From the NCBI GenBank assembly GCA_964441165.1, contig CAYTUH010000002.1, positions 1 through 30,973 on the forward strand: 30,973 nucleotides of DNA, given 5' to 3'. Position numbers and translations under genes: made by a program. Shown here piece by piece: positions 17,638 to 26,985 of the stretch. How positions within the stretch are numbered: the stretch's first letter is position 1; each line of letters begins with the position of its first letter. The notes below the pieces were generated by a model. That model was not told where the DNA came from and searched no databases. It worked only from the letters and a program-made list of their open reading frames with translations. The DNA is from an uncultured Syntrophaceae bacterium. GTDB taxonomy: Bacteria; Desulfobacterota; Syntrophia; Syntrophales; UBA2210.

Positions 17638-17665
17638 TTGACAATTGAAGGACCGGCTATATAAT
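17638..17665 (+). promoter_or_regulatory. Sigma-70 promoter for tRNA-Leu
   Basis: TTGACA-N16-TATAAT, ending 10 nt before the tRNA. Confidence 0.8.
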
Positions 17666-17675
17666 CGTCCGCACT

Positions 17676-17762
17676 GCCGGAGTGGTGAAATTGGTAGACG
17701 CAGGGGACTCAAAATCCCCCGGGCTTATGCTCATCTCGGTTCGAATCCGAGCTCCGGCACCA
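17676..17762 (+). tRNA. tRNA-Leu (CAA)
   Basis: GCCGGAG/CTCCGGC acceptor stem, GGGGA-CTCAAAA-TCCCC anticodon arm, long variable arm, GGTTCGAATCC T-arm, encoded CCA. Confidence 0.98.
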
Positions 17763-17775
17763 TGGAAAATCAAGG

Positions 17776-17808
17776 GGTTGCAGCTGAAAAAGTTGCAACC
17801 TTTTTTTT
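17776..17808 (+). terminator. Intrinsic terminator after tRNA-Leu
   Basis: GGTTGCAGCT-GAAAA-AGTTGCAACC followed by T8. Confidence 0.8.
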
Positions 17809-17854
17809 ATCCTGCATGCGAGGGAATTGTGAAGAGGTTTTTACGCCGGCGAGA

Positions 17855-19012
17855 CTACTTCATCAGCATCGGGAGGAATATATCCAGTTGATTGATTGCC
17901 AGACCGATCAGGATTGATCCGACAAAAAAGGATGAGACGATCCAGATGGTCGCCTTCTTTCCAAACAGCGGGACCAGTAACGCGATGGAAGAGAAGCAGA
18001 TTCCATTACCGGCGATGGTAAGGGCAATGGCATGCCCCATGGGCAACCCCATTTGCATGATGGGAGCAAGAATCAACACGTCTTCGCCGGAACAGAGAAA
18101 TACCGGCAAACCTATCAGTACCGCCAAAAACAACCCCGAGAATGTGGAATTGAGATAGGTCCCGACAATATGGTGCGGAATATACACTGAAAAGAATGTG
18201 CCGATTATTATCCCGACAATCATATAGGGCGTCAGAAAGATCATGAGATTGTAAGCGGCGTCTACAAAGGATTCGGCGTTGTTCATCACGGCACCGCCGG
18301 CACTGCAGCCCTTGCAGGAAAAACATGCCGTCCCGGAAACACCGGGCTCCGGCTCACCCAGGAAATGCTCGACAAGAACCCCCGTAATCATGGCAAGCAG
18401 AAATATCGCGGCAATTCGATATATGACATACCGCCATCCCAGAACGCCCTGGGCAAAAACGATGACGAAGGGATTGAGAACCGGCACGACCATCATGAAG
18501 GTAACGATCCCGGCGAGCCTGATCCGTTTCGCGGCAATCAGGCTGTAGGAAAAAGGAACGGCCGCGCAGGAGCAGACCGGGAGAACTGATGCGAGGATGC
18601 CGGCACCTGCCATGCTGCGGGGAAGCCACATGCTGTTTTTTCTGAATACTTTTTCAATCAAGCCCGAAAGGACACATCCAACAATAAAATAAGGATAGAC
18701 GCGGATGGTAAAGGAGACAACGACATGGAAAAAGGATGCATCATGAGACGCGTTTTGACCGGGAAGTTTGCTGCAGGAGTAACAGTAGATATAAGCTCCC
18801 ACCGCACAGAGTGAAAAAAAGGCAACGAGTATTTTCCGTGCGTCGATGCCGGGAGTAAGGTGCAGATCCGTTGCGACCCGATCCGACCAGACGTGAAAGG
18901 CCGGAATGCGTCTCCGCAGCTGCCACAGCACCAGTATAATGACATAGACCAGCGTGAGGGGAATGCCGACGGTACCGAAGTAGTTTTCCGCATCTTGCAG
19001 AGCTTGTAACAT
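17855..19012 (-). CDS. DUF318/ArsP-like predicted permease with N-terminal extension
   Basis: Many TM segments with LPVCSCAAVP, F..VVP.LNP and GLPVFLCSGED motifs. Confidence 0.8.
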   Translation of the reverse strand: MLQALQDAENYFGTVGIPLTLVYVIILVLWQLRRRIPAFHVWSDRVATDLHLTPGIDARKILVAFFSLCAVGAYIYCYSCSKLPGQNASHDASFFHVVVSFTIRVYPYFIVGCVLSGLIEKVFRKNSMWLPRSMAGAGILASVLPVCSCAAVPFSYSLIAAKRIRLAGIVTFMMVVPVLNPFVIVFAQGVLGWRYVIYRIAAIFLLAMITGVLVEHFLGEPEPGVSGTACFSCKGCSAGGAVMNNAESFVDAAYNLMIFLTPYMIVGIIIGTFFSVYIPHHIVGTYLNSTFSGLFLAVLIGLPVFLCSGEDVLILAPIMQMGLPMGHAIALTIAGNGICFSSIALLVPLFGKKATIWIVSSFFVGSILIGLAINQLDIFLPMLMK

Positions 19013-19615
19013 GTCTTTTTTTCACAGCAAGTCAGGATATGAGCTTTCGCACAAAAACGTACAATAATTTTGCTGAACTATCAGATATCAAGTCTTAATA
19101 CAAGCACATAGTGACCATACCTCCTTTTCACCGGTCGCCGATAGCGCACTGGTGCCTAATCTCTCTTCCGTATCAAACAGTTAGCCTCAAAAGCCCGGAG
19201 TGTGCTCGAAACAGTTTGTCCTTACCCTCCACAGCGGTAAATCCATTTATCCCGGAACGATCTTCACGATTGGGGTGCATGCCCTGTCCCGGAGAACACC
19301 TCTCCGAAGATTTCCTCCTTTGAACAATGCCCGAAGAGTGTGTTACAGAAAAGAAAGCTGTGAAAAGAGCCAATTTTATGTTATACATTTCAGTCTTTTT
19401 ATGATATTTATTGAAACAAAACAATGAGTTATTTAAAAAATGGCCCCGTACACTATACCCTGTGCAGTCAGAGGGATTGCGGATCGTATCCGAATTCCCC
19501 GGACAACGGACAGGGGTGGCGGCAGCATCTGCTGCAATCCCTGTTACCGTTGGAATCCGGCAGGAGAAAACACCGGGTGGTCGCATGCGTCATCGTGTAA
19601 TAAAAGGATGTCAAT

Positions 19616-20572
19616 ATGCCAGAAGATGAAACGGGCAGGCACTTCCGTGACCTTGCCGAACAATTAATAGAAGAACAGCGATACGACGAGGCAATCGAAC
19701 TCTACGAAAAACTCCACGAGATGAACCCACATGATGACTCGATCGTGATGGCTCTTGCCTGGGCGTACCGTGACTGTGGAAGGACTGCCGATGCGATATC
19801 GGCTCTCAAGCGGTTATTCGAAAAAGAACTGAGCAGGAAAACTTTCACGGGATTTGCCTTCGACGAGTTGGTGCGCATATTCCGGAGTGAAGAAAATTTC
19901 GAAGAACTGGTCGATCTCTGTGAACGCGCTGTGACTGCACAGCCCGACGATGTATCGCTTCTGGTCACACTGGGCGATTCCTGTCTGAAAGCGGGAAAAA
20001 TTGACCGGGCCATTGAAGTCTTTGAAAAACTCGCCCGGACGGATCCCGACGCCCCCTCCATATTCTGCGCACTGGGAGACGCCTATATCGCCTCGGGTGA
20101 CTTCACCAGAGGGGAAGGGGCATACGAACGGGCCGCCGCACTGGAACCGCTGGACGCATCCTCATTTTATTTCAGAATGGCAAATGCCTATTTAGGGATG
20201 GATATATTCGATCATGCGGAACGGGCGGTGAGAAAATCGCTTGCCCTGAATCCACACAGTCCGCTCTACTTTTGCGCACTGGGAGACACACTCATCAAAC
20301 AAGGCCGTTTTGATGAAGGAGTAAGCGCCTATGACAAGGCGATAGATCTCGATCCCCACGGAGCGGGGGTCTATTGCAATCGACTGGGAAAGGCCTTTGC
20401 AAAGGATCGGCATCATGAGAAAGCCATCGCAGCCTTCGAGCGGGCAATCGAATCGGATCCGAAAAATCCCTTCTACTACCTCTGTCTCATGGAATCCTGT
20501 GCCGAGGAGAATCTCGATGAAAAGGCCCGCGAATATTATAAACAGGCGCAAGACCTCAAGGTGTTCACCTGA
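19616..20572 (+). CDS. TPR-repeat protein
   Basis: 318 aa of helical repeats such as LGDSCLKAGKIDRAIEVFEK, LGDAYIASGDF..G..AYERA and LGDTLIKQGRFDEG..AYDKAI. Confidence 0.9.
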   Translation: MPEDETGRHFRDLAEQLIEEQRYDEAIELYEKLHEMNPHDDSIVMALAWAYRDCGRTADAISALKRLFEKELSRKTFTGFAFDELVRIFRSEENFEELVDLCERAVTAQPDDVSLLVTLGDSCLKAGKIDRAIEVFEKLARTDPDAPSIFCALGDAYIASGDFTRGEGAYERAAALEPLDASSFYFRMANAYLGMDIFDHAERAVRKSLALNPHSPLYFCALGDTLIKQGRFDEGVSAYDKAIDLDPHGAGVYCNRLGKAFAKDRHHEKAIAAFERAIESDPKNPFYYLCLMESCAEENLDEKAREYYKQAQDLKVFT

Positions 20573-20771
20573 GATACCGGGGGATCGCCCCTGGCTCGAT
20601 CCATGCAGGATCCGAGCAGGTATTCACTTCATCGATTGTCAGGAGAATCCCTGCTTGAGGGAATCGGAAGGGAGAACGTGTTTTTCTCCTTGAAAGAACC
20701 AACCCAAAGTGATAGTAGATTTTCTCTCGATCGGTCGGCAATCATTGCCGGCCCTGAAGGAACATAATTGT

Positions 20772-20847
20772 GGGGATGTAGCTCAGCTGGGAGAGCGCGG
20801 CGTTCGCAATGCCGAGGTCAGGGGTTCGATCCCCCTCATCTCCACCA
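20772..20847 (+). tRNA. tRNA-Ala (CGC)
   Basis: 76 nt starting GGGGATG (G3:U70 pair), CGGCG-TTCGCAA-TGCCG anticodon arm, GGTTCGATCC, encoded CCA. Confidence 0.98.
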
Positions 20848-21008
20848 TTCATTTTCTCTGCCGTTCACAATTCCGCACCCCTCTTCTTCCGGAATCTCCA
20901 AACGATCATCGACATTCACCGGACTCTGACGACGCGTTTGATCCGGACTGAAGGCTTCACGGCCTGCGCTCCGCTCACCGATACCGACAAAAGATACCGA
21001 CAAAATAA

Positions 21009-21038
21009 TTGACAGAATCAGCAGGTTAACGTTAGATT
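21009..21038 (+). promoter_or_regulatory. Putative sigma-70 promoter
   Basis: TTGACA-N18-TAGATT upstream of the glycosyltransferase. Confidence 0.45.
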
Positions 21039-21117
21039 ACAGACAGACGCAGACAAAGGAACTTTTTCTGTTCTGTATGGTAGCAGCAGATCCAGTGCAT
21101 TCAAGGAGGATCCGTTC

Positions 21118-22350
21118 ATGGATGAGCAGTATGATGTGGTCGTCGGAATTCCTTCCTATAATGAAGCTGATACGATCGGCTATGTGGCACAGATGGCGGC
21201 CCAAGGACTGTCAGCCTATTTCGGTGACAAGCGATGTGTCGTCGTCAACTGCGACAATAACAGTCCCGATGGGACAAAAACGGCCTTTCTCTCCGCCGAT
21301 TTTCCCGAAAGCATCGACAGACGATATATTGCGACGGAGGCCGGAATAACGGGAAAAGGGAATAATTTCTGGAATCTTTTCTCATTCTGTTGCGACGTTG
21401 GGGCAGAATTGATCGTCGTCGTCGACGCCGACCTCCGGTCGATCACACCGGAATGGATCAAATATCTCGGCCGTCCCGTTGAAGAGGGGCACGACCTCGT
21501 CACGCCGCTCTATTCACGGCACCAGTTTGACGGAACGATCACCAACCACCTCTGCTATCCCCTGGTTTTTTCACTTGCCGGTGTCGATATCCGTCAGCCC
21601 ATCGGGGGTGATTTTGCATTTTCATCGAAACTGTGCAGACACTGGTGTTCCCAGGAATGGAACGACATGATCCGCCATTACGGAATCGATATTTTCATGT
21701 CTCTGACGGCCCTCTTTGGCGATTTCAGAATCTGCCAGACGGGACTCGGCAATAAAATTCACAATGCCAGTTCACCCAAACTGGGAACCATGTTTGAGGA
21801 AGTGGTCTACACGCTCTTTTCAGTCCTTCTGCAGCACCGTAAAAAGTGGATGGGGATATGGCTCAAAAGGGGAGAAAAGACGGCATGGCAAACGGACGTT
21901 CAAACCGTCCGACTCTGCGGCCTGGAAAAGATGGAAGAGGCACAGAAACTGTATATCGACATCGTGGACCTGAAACAGAAATGCCGCAAAGAATACGACA
22001 CCTATCATGACCTGGTACAGTGGTACCTCAGTTCATACGGCTACCAGAAAATCAAGGACATGTTCGAAATGGACTACTTCGACGTTGATATCATGCTCTG
22101 GTCCCAGTTTGTGTACAACTTCATCTACCTCTTCGACGGCGCTGCGGAAACGGTGAAAGGGGATATCATCAACGCACTCAAACCTCTTTATTTTGCCCGC
22201 AGCATCACCTTCGATTACCAGACCTGCCGGTACAGCATCGATTATGCCGAACAGGAGGTACGCAATCAGGCTATGGCCTTTCTTTCGCAGAAACCCTATC
22301 TCCTCGGACTTTACCAGGGAAACGAGCGACACAACACCTGTGATGGTTGA
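21118..22350 (+). CDS. GT-A glycosyltransferase resembling glucosylglycerate/mannosylglycerate synthases
   Basis: VVVGIPSYNEADTI, VNCDNNSPDGT, GKGNN, VVDADLRSI, YSRHQFDGTITNH, IRQPIGGDF, YGIDI; AAGGAGG RBS. Confidence 0.8.
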   Translation: MDEQYDVVVGIPSYNEADTIGYVAQMAAQGLSAYFGDKRCVVVNCDNNSPDGTKTAFLSADFPESIDRRYIATEAGITGKGNNFWNLFSFCCDVGAELIVVVDADLRSITPEWIKYLGRPVEEGHDLVTPLYSRHQFDGTITNHLCYPLVFSLAGVDIRQPIGGDFAFSSKLCRHWCSQEWNDMIRHYGIDIFMSLTALFGDFRICQTGLGNKIHNASSPKLGTMFEEVVYTLFSVLLQHRKKWMGIWLKRGEKTAWQTDVQTVRLCGLEKMEEAQKLYIDIVDLKQKCRKEYDTYHDLVQWYLSSYGYQKIKDMFEMDYFDVDIMLWSQFVYNFIYLFDGAAETVKGDIINALKPLYFARSITFDYQTCRYSIDYAEQEVRNQAMAFLSQKPYLLGLYQGNERHNTCDG

Positions 22351-22404
22351 TGCAGGGCAGGGTAGAGTTCCGTATCGCCGGAACTCCAATACCCTGTCCG
22401 TGCA
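22351..22404. terminator. Long hairpin between convergent genes (possible bidirectional terminator or RNA stabiliser)
   Basis: TGCAGGGCAGGGTA/TACCCTGTCCGTGCA outer stem plus GAGTTCCG/CGGAACTC inner stem; no U tract. Confidence 0.45.
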
Positions 22405-22428
22405 CTGCCTTACGGAATTGGTCCTGTT

Positions 22429-24429
22429 TTAATAGAATGTCCGCCCGAAGAGCTTTTCACTCAGACCGGTGAGATCGGACCATTTCATGGGACCGCCCTT
22501 ATCGGGAGGGAAACCGGTCCCCCAGATCATTCCCACGTCAATCATGCGGGGATCATCGATGACCCTGCGCTCCAGGAGATCTTTTCCCACCTCCACCATT
22601 GCGGTGAGCAGTCCCCGTTGAATCGCCTCCTCATCCTTTTCCTTCTTGTCCCCGACGGCGATAAGGGGCAGGGCTTCGGGATCGACGCTCCCGTCGGCCA
22701 GGAAAAATCCCTTCCCTGATTTTTTCAGGCCGTATCGACCGGCATTCACCACGTTGCCGAGTGACTTCTGTTCTATACCCATGCCGACAAGGGCTTTATA
22801 AGGGACATCGATACCCACCTCATCTACGAGTCGTATCGGGCCCACGGGCATGCCGAAACGGACCATGGCACCGTCAACCTTCTCGATGGAATTTCCCGCT
22901 TCAAGATAGTTCAGGGCATTGACCAGGTAGGGGAAGAGGAGGGCATTGACGACGAATCCCGGATTATCGTTGCACACGATGGGCCGTTTTTTAATGGCGC
23001 TGGTGAAATTCAGGAGATTATCGATGGTATCCCGGCTCGTCTTCTCACCCCGTATCACCTCCACGAGCTCCATCTTCCACACGGGCGAAAAGAAATGAAT
23101 GCCGCCGAATCGTTCGGCATGCGTGACGAATTGCGACATGGTGGTAATAGGAATGGAAGAGGTATTGCTGGCGATCAGGCAGTCCTCGCTCACCGCCGCA
23201 CAGAGTTCCCGGTAGACCTGCTCCTTGACCTTGAGGTCTTCAAAAACCGCCTCCACCACAATATCGACATTCGTGAAATCATCGGTGTACTCCGATGTCA
23301 CGGTAATCAGGTTCATCAGGTCTTCCACGGGGGCCTTGAGACGCTTCTTCTCCGCCATCCCGGTCAGTATCTTTTTGACAAATTCCTTCCCGGGCTCCAG
23401 GGCTTCCGGGACGTCTTTGACGATGACAGGGCACTGCATTCGTCGAAGGATATCGATTACGATTCCCCGCCCCATGGTTCCGAATCCGAGGACCGCCGCC
23501 TTTTTCAGCGGGGTGGGCTCGAATCCCTTTGTCATCATCGCCTTCGGTTTGTCGGTCATGGTCTTGATGAAAAAGGTGTTGATACTTCCCTTCGCCTCGG
23601 GCGAGAGGACTGCCTGCACGAAATATTCCTTTTCGATTGCGAGCCCCGCCTCAAGGGGGACCTTCACCCCATCCTGGATGGCCTTCATGGCCAGCATGGG
23701 ACCGGGGATCTCCCGTCCCTTCGTCGCCTTCAGAACCCCCTGCCGGGCCATTTCCATGATGTCATCAATCTGCGAAAAATCCTGTTCCGGCCTTTTCAAT
23801 TCCGCTGTTCCGTCGATAACGGCTGCAAGAAGCACCTTGGCTTCTTCAAGAAGATCACCCTCTACCGGCACGATTCTGTCGACGATCCCCGTCTCCAATG
23901 CCTTGGCAGCGGGCAGCATCTTTCCCCGCAGGATAAGCTCGATGGCGCCGTACCCTATCAACCGGGGCAGCCGCTGCGTCCCTCCCGCGCCGGGGAAGAT
24001 ACCCACCATGCACTCCGGCAACCCGATGAGGGTGGTGGGCGACTCCTTGGCAATCCGTGCGGTGCAGGCGAGAGAGAACTCAAGCCCCCCGCCCAGGCAG
24101 TGACCGTTGATTGCGGCAACCGTCGGAAAGGGGAGTGCGCTTAACCTGTTGAACGCCTGGTGCCCTTCATCGAGCAGTTCCCGGACCTGCGATTCCGTCG
24201 CAAGCTGGGCGACCACGTTCAGGTTGGCCCCCGCAAGGAAGGTCTTCGGTTTACCGGACATGAAAATGACACCCTTGAGGGACGTCTCCTGTTCCAGGTA
24301 GTCGACGACGTCACGGAAACGTATGAACATTTCCTCGGTCCAGGTATTCATCGTCTCGTTCACCAGATTAAAGGTCACGATCCCCCTCTCCCCATCCTTT
24401 TTCAATTGAAAAATTCCCCCGAAATCCAT
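22429..24429 (-). CDS. Fused enoyl-CoA hydratase / 3-hydroxyacyl-CoA dehydrogenase (FadB/FadJ-like)
   Basis: FLAGANL, GHCLGGGLE, LPE..GIFPGAGGTQRLPRLIG, GFGTMG (GxGxxG), EAVFED, SNTSS, HFFSP..M.LVE, PGFVVN. Confidence 0.95.
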   Translation of the reverse strand: MDFGGIFQLKKDGERGIVTFNLVNETMNTWTEEMFIRFRDVVDYLEQETSLKGVIFMSGKPKTFLAGANLNVVAQLATESQVRELLDEGHQAFNRLSALPFPTVAAINGHCLGGGLEFSLACTARIAKESPTTLIGLPECMVGIFPGAGGTQRLPRLIGYGAIELILRGKMLPAAKALETGIVDRIVPVEGDLLEEAKVLLAAVIDGTAELKRPEQDFSQIDDIMEMARQGVLKATKGREIPGPMLAMKAIQDGVKVPLEAGLAIEKEYFVQAVLSPEAKGSINTFFIKTMTDKPKAMMTKGFEPTPLKKAAVLGFGTMGRGIVIDILRRMQCPVIVKDVPEALEPGKEFVKKILTGMAEKKRLKAPVEDLMNLITVTSEYTDDFTNVDIVVEAVFEDLKVKEQVYRELCAAVSEDCLIASNTSSIPITTMSQFVTHAERFGGIHFFSPVWKMELVEVIRGEKTSRDTIDNLLNFTSAIKKRPIVCNDNPGFVVNALLFPYLVNALNYLEAGNSIEKVDGAMVRFGMPVGPIRLVDEVGIDVPYKALVGMGIEQKSLGNVVNAGRYGLKKSGKGFFLADGSVDPEALPLIAVGDKKEKDEEAIQRGLLTAMVEVGKDLLERRVIDDPRMIDVGMIWGTGFPPDKGGPMKWSDLTGLSEKLFGRTFY

Positions 24430-24584
24430 AATGGCAGTCTCTCCTTTCTGTATATGCTTCTGCTGTTACTGCTCAATCGGCTATTCGACATAGTGGACAT
24501 TGACATACAAGTCAAGAATTATGTTTTCATGCGTGTTCGTTGTTCGCCGACGATTCCCGGCACCCTTCGCCATGTCCTTTCCGC

Positions 24585-24613
24585 TTGACATAGGATAGGT
24601 TTTTTTCTATGCT
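24585..24613 (+). promoter_or_regulatory. Sigma-70 promoter for the ABC transporter operon
   Basis: TTGACA-N17-TATGCT. Confidence 0.7.
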
Positions 24614-24686
24614 CGCTCGATGGTATTTTTAATGTCATACTTTGCGGAAGACATGGACAAAACCGAATTTTTCAAAGGAGGCTTTT

Positions 24687-25448
24687 ATGGGTAAGAAAAC
24701 TTTGTGGGGGATCGTTTTTTTCTGCGCGGCTGTCTGTTTTGTATTGAACCCGATATCATCCCTGGCAGGCGAAAAGGTGTTCATTAATGGTATTGACGCA
24801 AACTTTCCGCCCTTTGCATATGTGGATAAAAACGGCAATCCCGACGGTTTCGATGTCAAGTCCGTTGACTGGATCGCCAAGGAAACGGGTTTCTCCGTCA
24901 CGCACAAACCGATGGATTGGGCCGGCATAATCCCGAGCCTCAAGGCAAAAAAGATCGACATGATCGCGTCCGGTATGAGCATTACCGACGAACGGAGAAA
25001 ACAGGTCAACTTCTCCATTCCCTACTGGGTCATCAAACAGGTTCTCGTCAGCAAGAGCGACTCCTCACTTACCGTCGATCAAATCCTCGCGAAGGGCCAC
25101 AAGATTGGCGTACAGCGGGGAACCACGGAAGCGAAGTGGATGGAAGAAAATCTGATCAAAAAGGCGGGAAAGGATTTCAGCCTTGTCTATTATGATTCCG
25201 CACCGCTGGCCGTCATGGATGTGGTAAACGGACGCATCGTTGCCGCCGCGATGGATGACGCCCCTGCGAAGGATGCGGCACGGAAGGAACCCGTCAAGAT
25301 CGTGGGCACCTTTGGAATGGAAGCGGAAGAATTCGGATACGCAGTCCGTAAAGAAGACACGGAATTGCTCAACAAGATAAATGAAGGACTGAAAAAGCTT
25401 ATGGCGTCACCCTACTGGGAAGAACTGAAGGCCCAATACAAACCGTGA
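24687..25448 (+). CDS. Polar amino-acid ABC transporter substrate-binding protein (SBP family 3)
   Basis: Signal peptide, FPPF, GFDV, IIPSL..KKIDMI.SGMSITDERRK.V.FS.PY, GVQRGTT. Start ATG 24687 follows AAGGAGG. Confidence 0.95.
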   Translation: MGKKTLWGIVFFCAAVCFVLNPISSLAGEKVFINGIDANFPPFAYVDKNGNPDGFDVKSVDWIAKETGFSVTHKPMDWAGIIPSLKAKKIDMIASGMSITDERRKQVNFSIPYWVIKQVLVSKSDSSLTVDQILAKGHKIGVQRGTTEAKWMEENLIKKAGKDFSLVYYDSAPLAVMDVVNGRIVAAAMDDAPAKDAARKEPVKIVGTFGMEAEEFGYAVRKEDTELLNKINEGLKKLMASPYWEELKAQYKP

Positions 25449-25479
25449 TACAGGGTGTAAGCACGTTCTGAAGCGTTCG

Positions 25480-25513
25480 GGAAGGCATTAGGACACTATT
25501 CCTAATGCCTTCC
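25480..25513 (+). other. Perfect 14-bp stem-loop between the SBP and permease genes
   Basis: GGAAGGCATTAGGA-CACTAT-TCCTAATGCCTTCC. Confidence 0.7.
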
Positions 25514-25540
25514 AATTTTATACGGGATTCAAATAACGGA

Positions 25541-26209
25541 ATGACGGAAAGTTTTATCGCAATTTACGATGCATTACCTTACCTGCTCAAGGGATCACTC
25601 GTAACAATCGGCCTGGTCATCGGTGCCATGATACTGGGACTGTGTCTCGGCACTATTCTCGCTATCGGCCAGGTTTACGGCAATACCTTTGTCAAACGCC
25701 TGGTTGGCATCTACATATGGTTTTTCCGCGGCGTTCCCCTTCTCGTGCTGCTTTTTCTCTTCTACTTCGGTCTCTTTCCCTATCTGAATATTAACCTTTC
25801 GGCCTTCACCGTCGCTGCAATGGTCCTGGGACTTATCAGCGCCGCCTATCAGTCACAGATATTCCGGGGGGCAATCCTTTCGCTGCCGGTGGGTCAGCTC
25901 AAGGCTGCCCGTGCCATCGGCATGAGCGAGACGAAATCCATAGCCTTTATTATTCTTCCTCAGGCCTTCCGCCTCTCCGTCCCGGGATGGTCCAACGAGT
26001 ATTCGATTGTGTTAAAGGATTCGGCAGTGGCCTACGCCTTGGGCGTAATGGAAGTGATGGCCCGCGCGCATTTCGTCGCGTCGCGCACCTACGAACACCT
26101 GCCCCTCTACTTTACGGCGGGCGTAATATTTTTGATTCTGACGTACCTGGGCACCAAAGGCCTCCGAATTCTCGAAGAGAAGGTACGGATCCCCGGTTAC
26201 TCCAGATAA
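25541..26209 (+). CDS. Polar amino-acid ABC transporter permease (HisM-like)
   Basis: FRGVPLLV, SQIFRGAILSLPVGQLKAARAIGM (EAA loop), ILPQAFR, KDSA. Start 25541 preferred because ATG 25505 lies inside the hairpin. Confidence 0.93.
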   Translation: MTESFIAIYDALPYLLKGSLVTIGLVIGAMILGLCLGTILAIGQVYGNTFVKRLVGIYIWFFRGVPLLVLLFLFYFGLFPYLNINLSAFTVAAMVLGLISAAYQSQIFRGAILSLPVGQLKAARAIGMSETKSIAFIILPQAFRLSVPGWSNEYSIVLKDSAVAYALGVMEVMARAHFVASRTYEHLPLYFTAGVIFLILTYLGTKGLRILEEKVRIPGYSR

Positions 26210-26219
26210 GGATAAGAGA

Positions 26220-26978
26220 ATGACTCTCAAGGAACCTGTGTTACGAGTTGAAAACTTGACAAAAACCTACGGGAACAAGGTTGTCCTGCAGGATGCCTCT
26301 CTTACGGTAAACAAACGTGAGCTGAAAATCCTGATCGGACCCTCCGGCGGAGGGAAAAGCACCCTTTTACAATGCATCAATTTTCTCGTCACTCCCGACC
26401 GGGGGCGCGTCTGGCTGGACGGGCAGGAAATCCTGATATCCCGCAAGCGCGAGCTCTACGAATACCGCCAGAAAGTTGGAATGATTTTCCAGGATTTCAA
26501 TCTCTTTGACCACCTGACGGCGCTCGAAAATGTTGAAATAGGATTATTAAAGGTCAGAAAGATGAAAAAGGCCGAATCGCGTGACAAGGCAATGCATGAA
26601 CTGGATCGGGTCGGCCTGAAGGATCATGTCAGGAAATACCCGGCACAACTCTCCGGTGGACAGAAGCAGCGTGTATCGATTGCCCGGGCCCTCGCCATGG
26701 ATCCGAAGGTGATGCTCCTTGACGAACCCACGTCCGCCCTGGACCCCGAGCTTATTTCGGAAGTCCTTACCGTCATCAAAAATCTCCGGAAAAACGGGAT
26801 GACCATGATCATGTCGACTCACCACATCGGCTTTGCCAAGGAGGTGGCGGACGAGATCGTGTTTCTCGAAGACGGCAACATTCTTGAAACCGGTCCTTCA
26901 GAGAAGATTTTTTCCCAGGCGGAGTGCGAACGTACCAGGGAATTCTGTTCAAAGATCGTGGAACTCTACGGAAACTGA
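26220..26978 (+). CDS. Polar amino-acid ABC transporter ATP-binding protein (GlnQ-like)
   Basis: GPSGGGKST, VGMIFQDFNLF, LSGGQKQR, LLDEPTSALDPE. Confidence 0.97.
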   Translation: MTLKEPVLRVENLTKTYGNKVVLQDASLTVNKRELKILIGPSGGGKSTLLQCINFLVTPDRGRVWLDGQEILISRKRELYEYRQKVGMIFQDFNLFDHLTALENVEIGLLKVRKMKKAESRDKAMHELDRVGLKDHVRKYPAQLSGGQKQRVSIARALAMDPKVMLLDEPTSALDPELISEVLTVIKNLRKNGMTMIMSTHHIGFAKEVADEIVFLEDGNILETGPSEKIFSQAECERTREFCSKIVELYGN

Positions 26979-26985
26979 TACCGAT

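Noticed and set aside
19095-19124. GGAGG followed by mini-ORF MVTMCLY upstream of the permease
   Set aside because: Too short to distinguish from chance, with no attenuator structure seen.
23095-24144. 349-aa plus-strand ORF
   Set aside because: It is codon-for-codon antisense to the FadB-like gene, a common by-product of codon bias.
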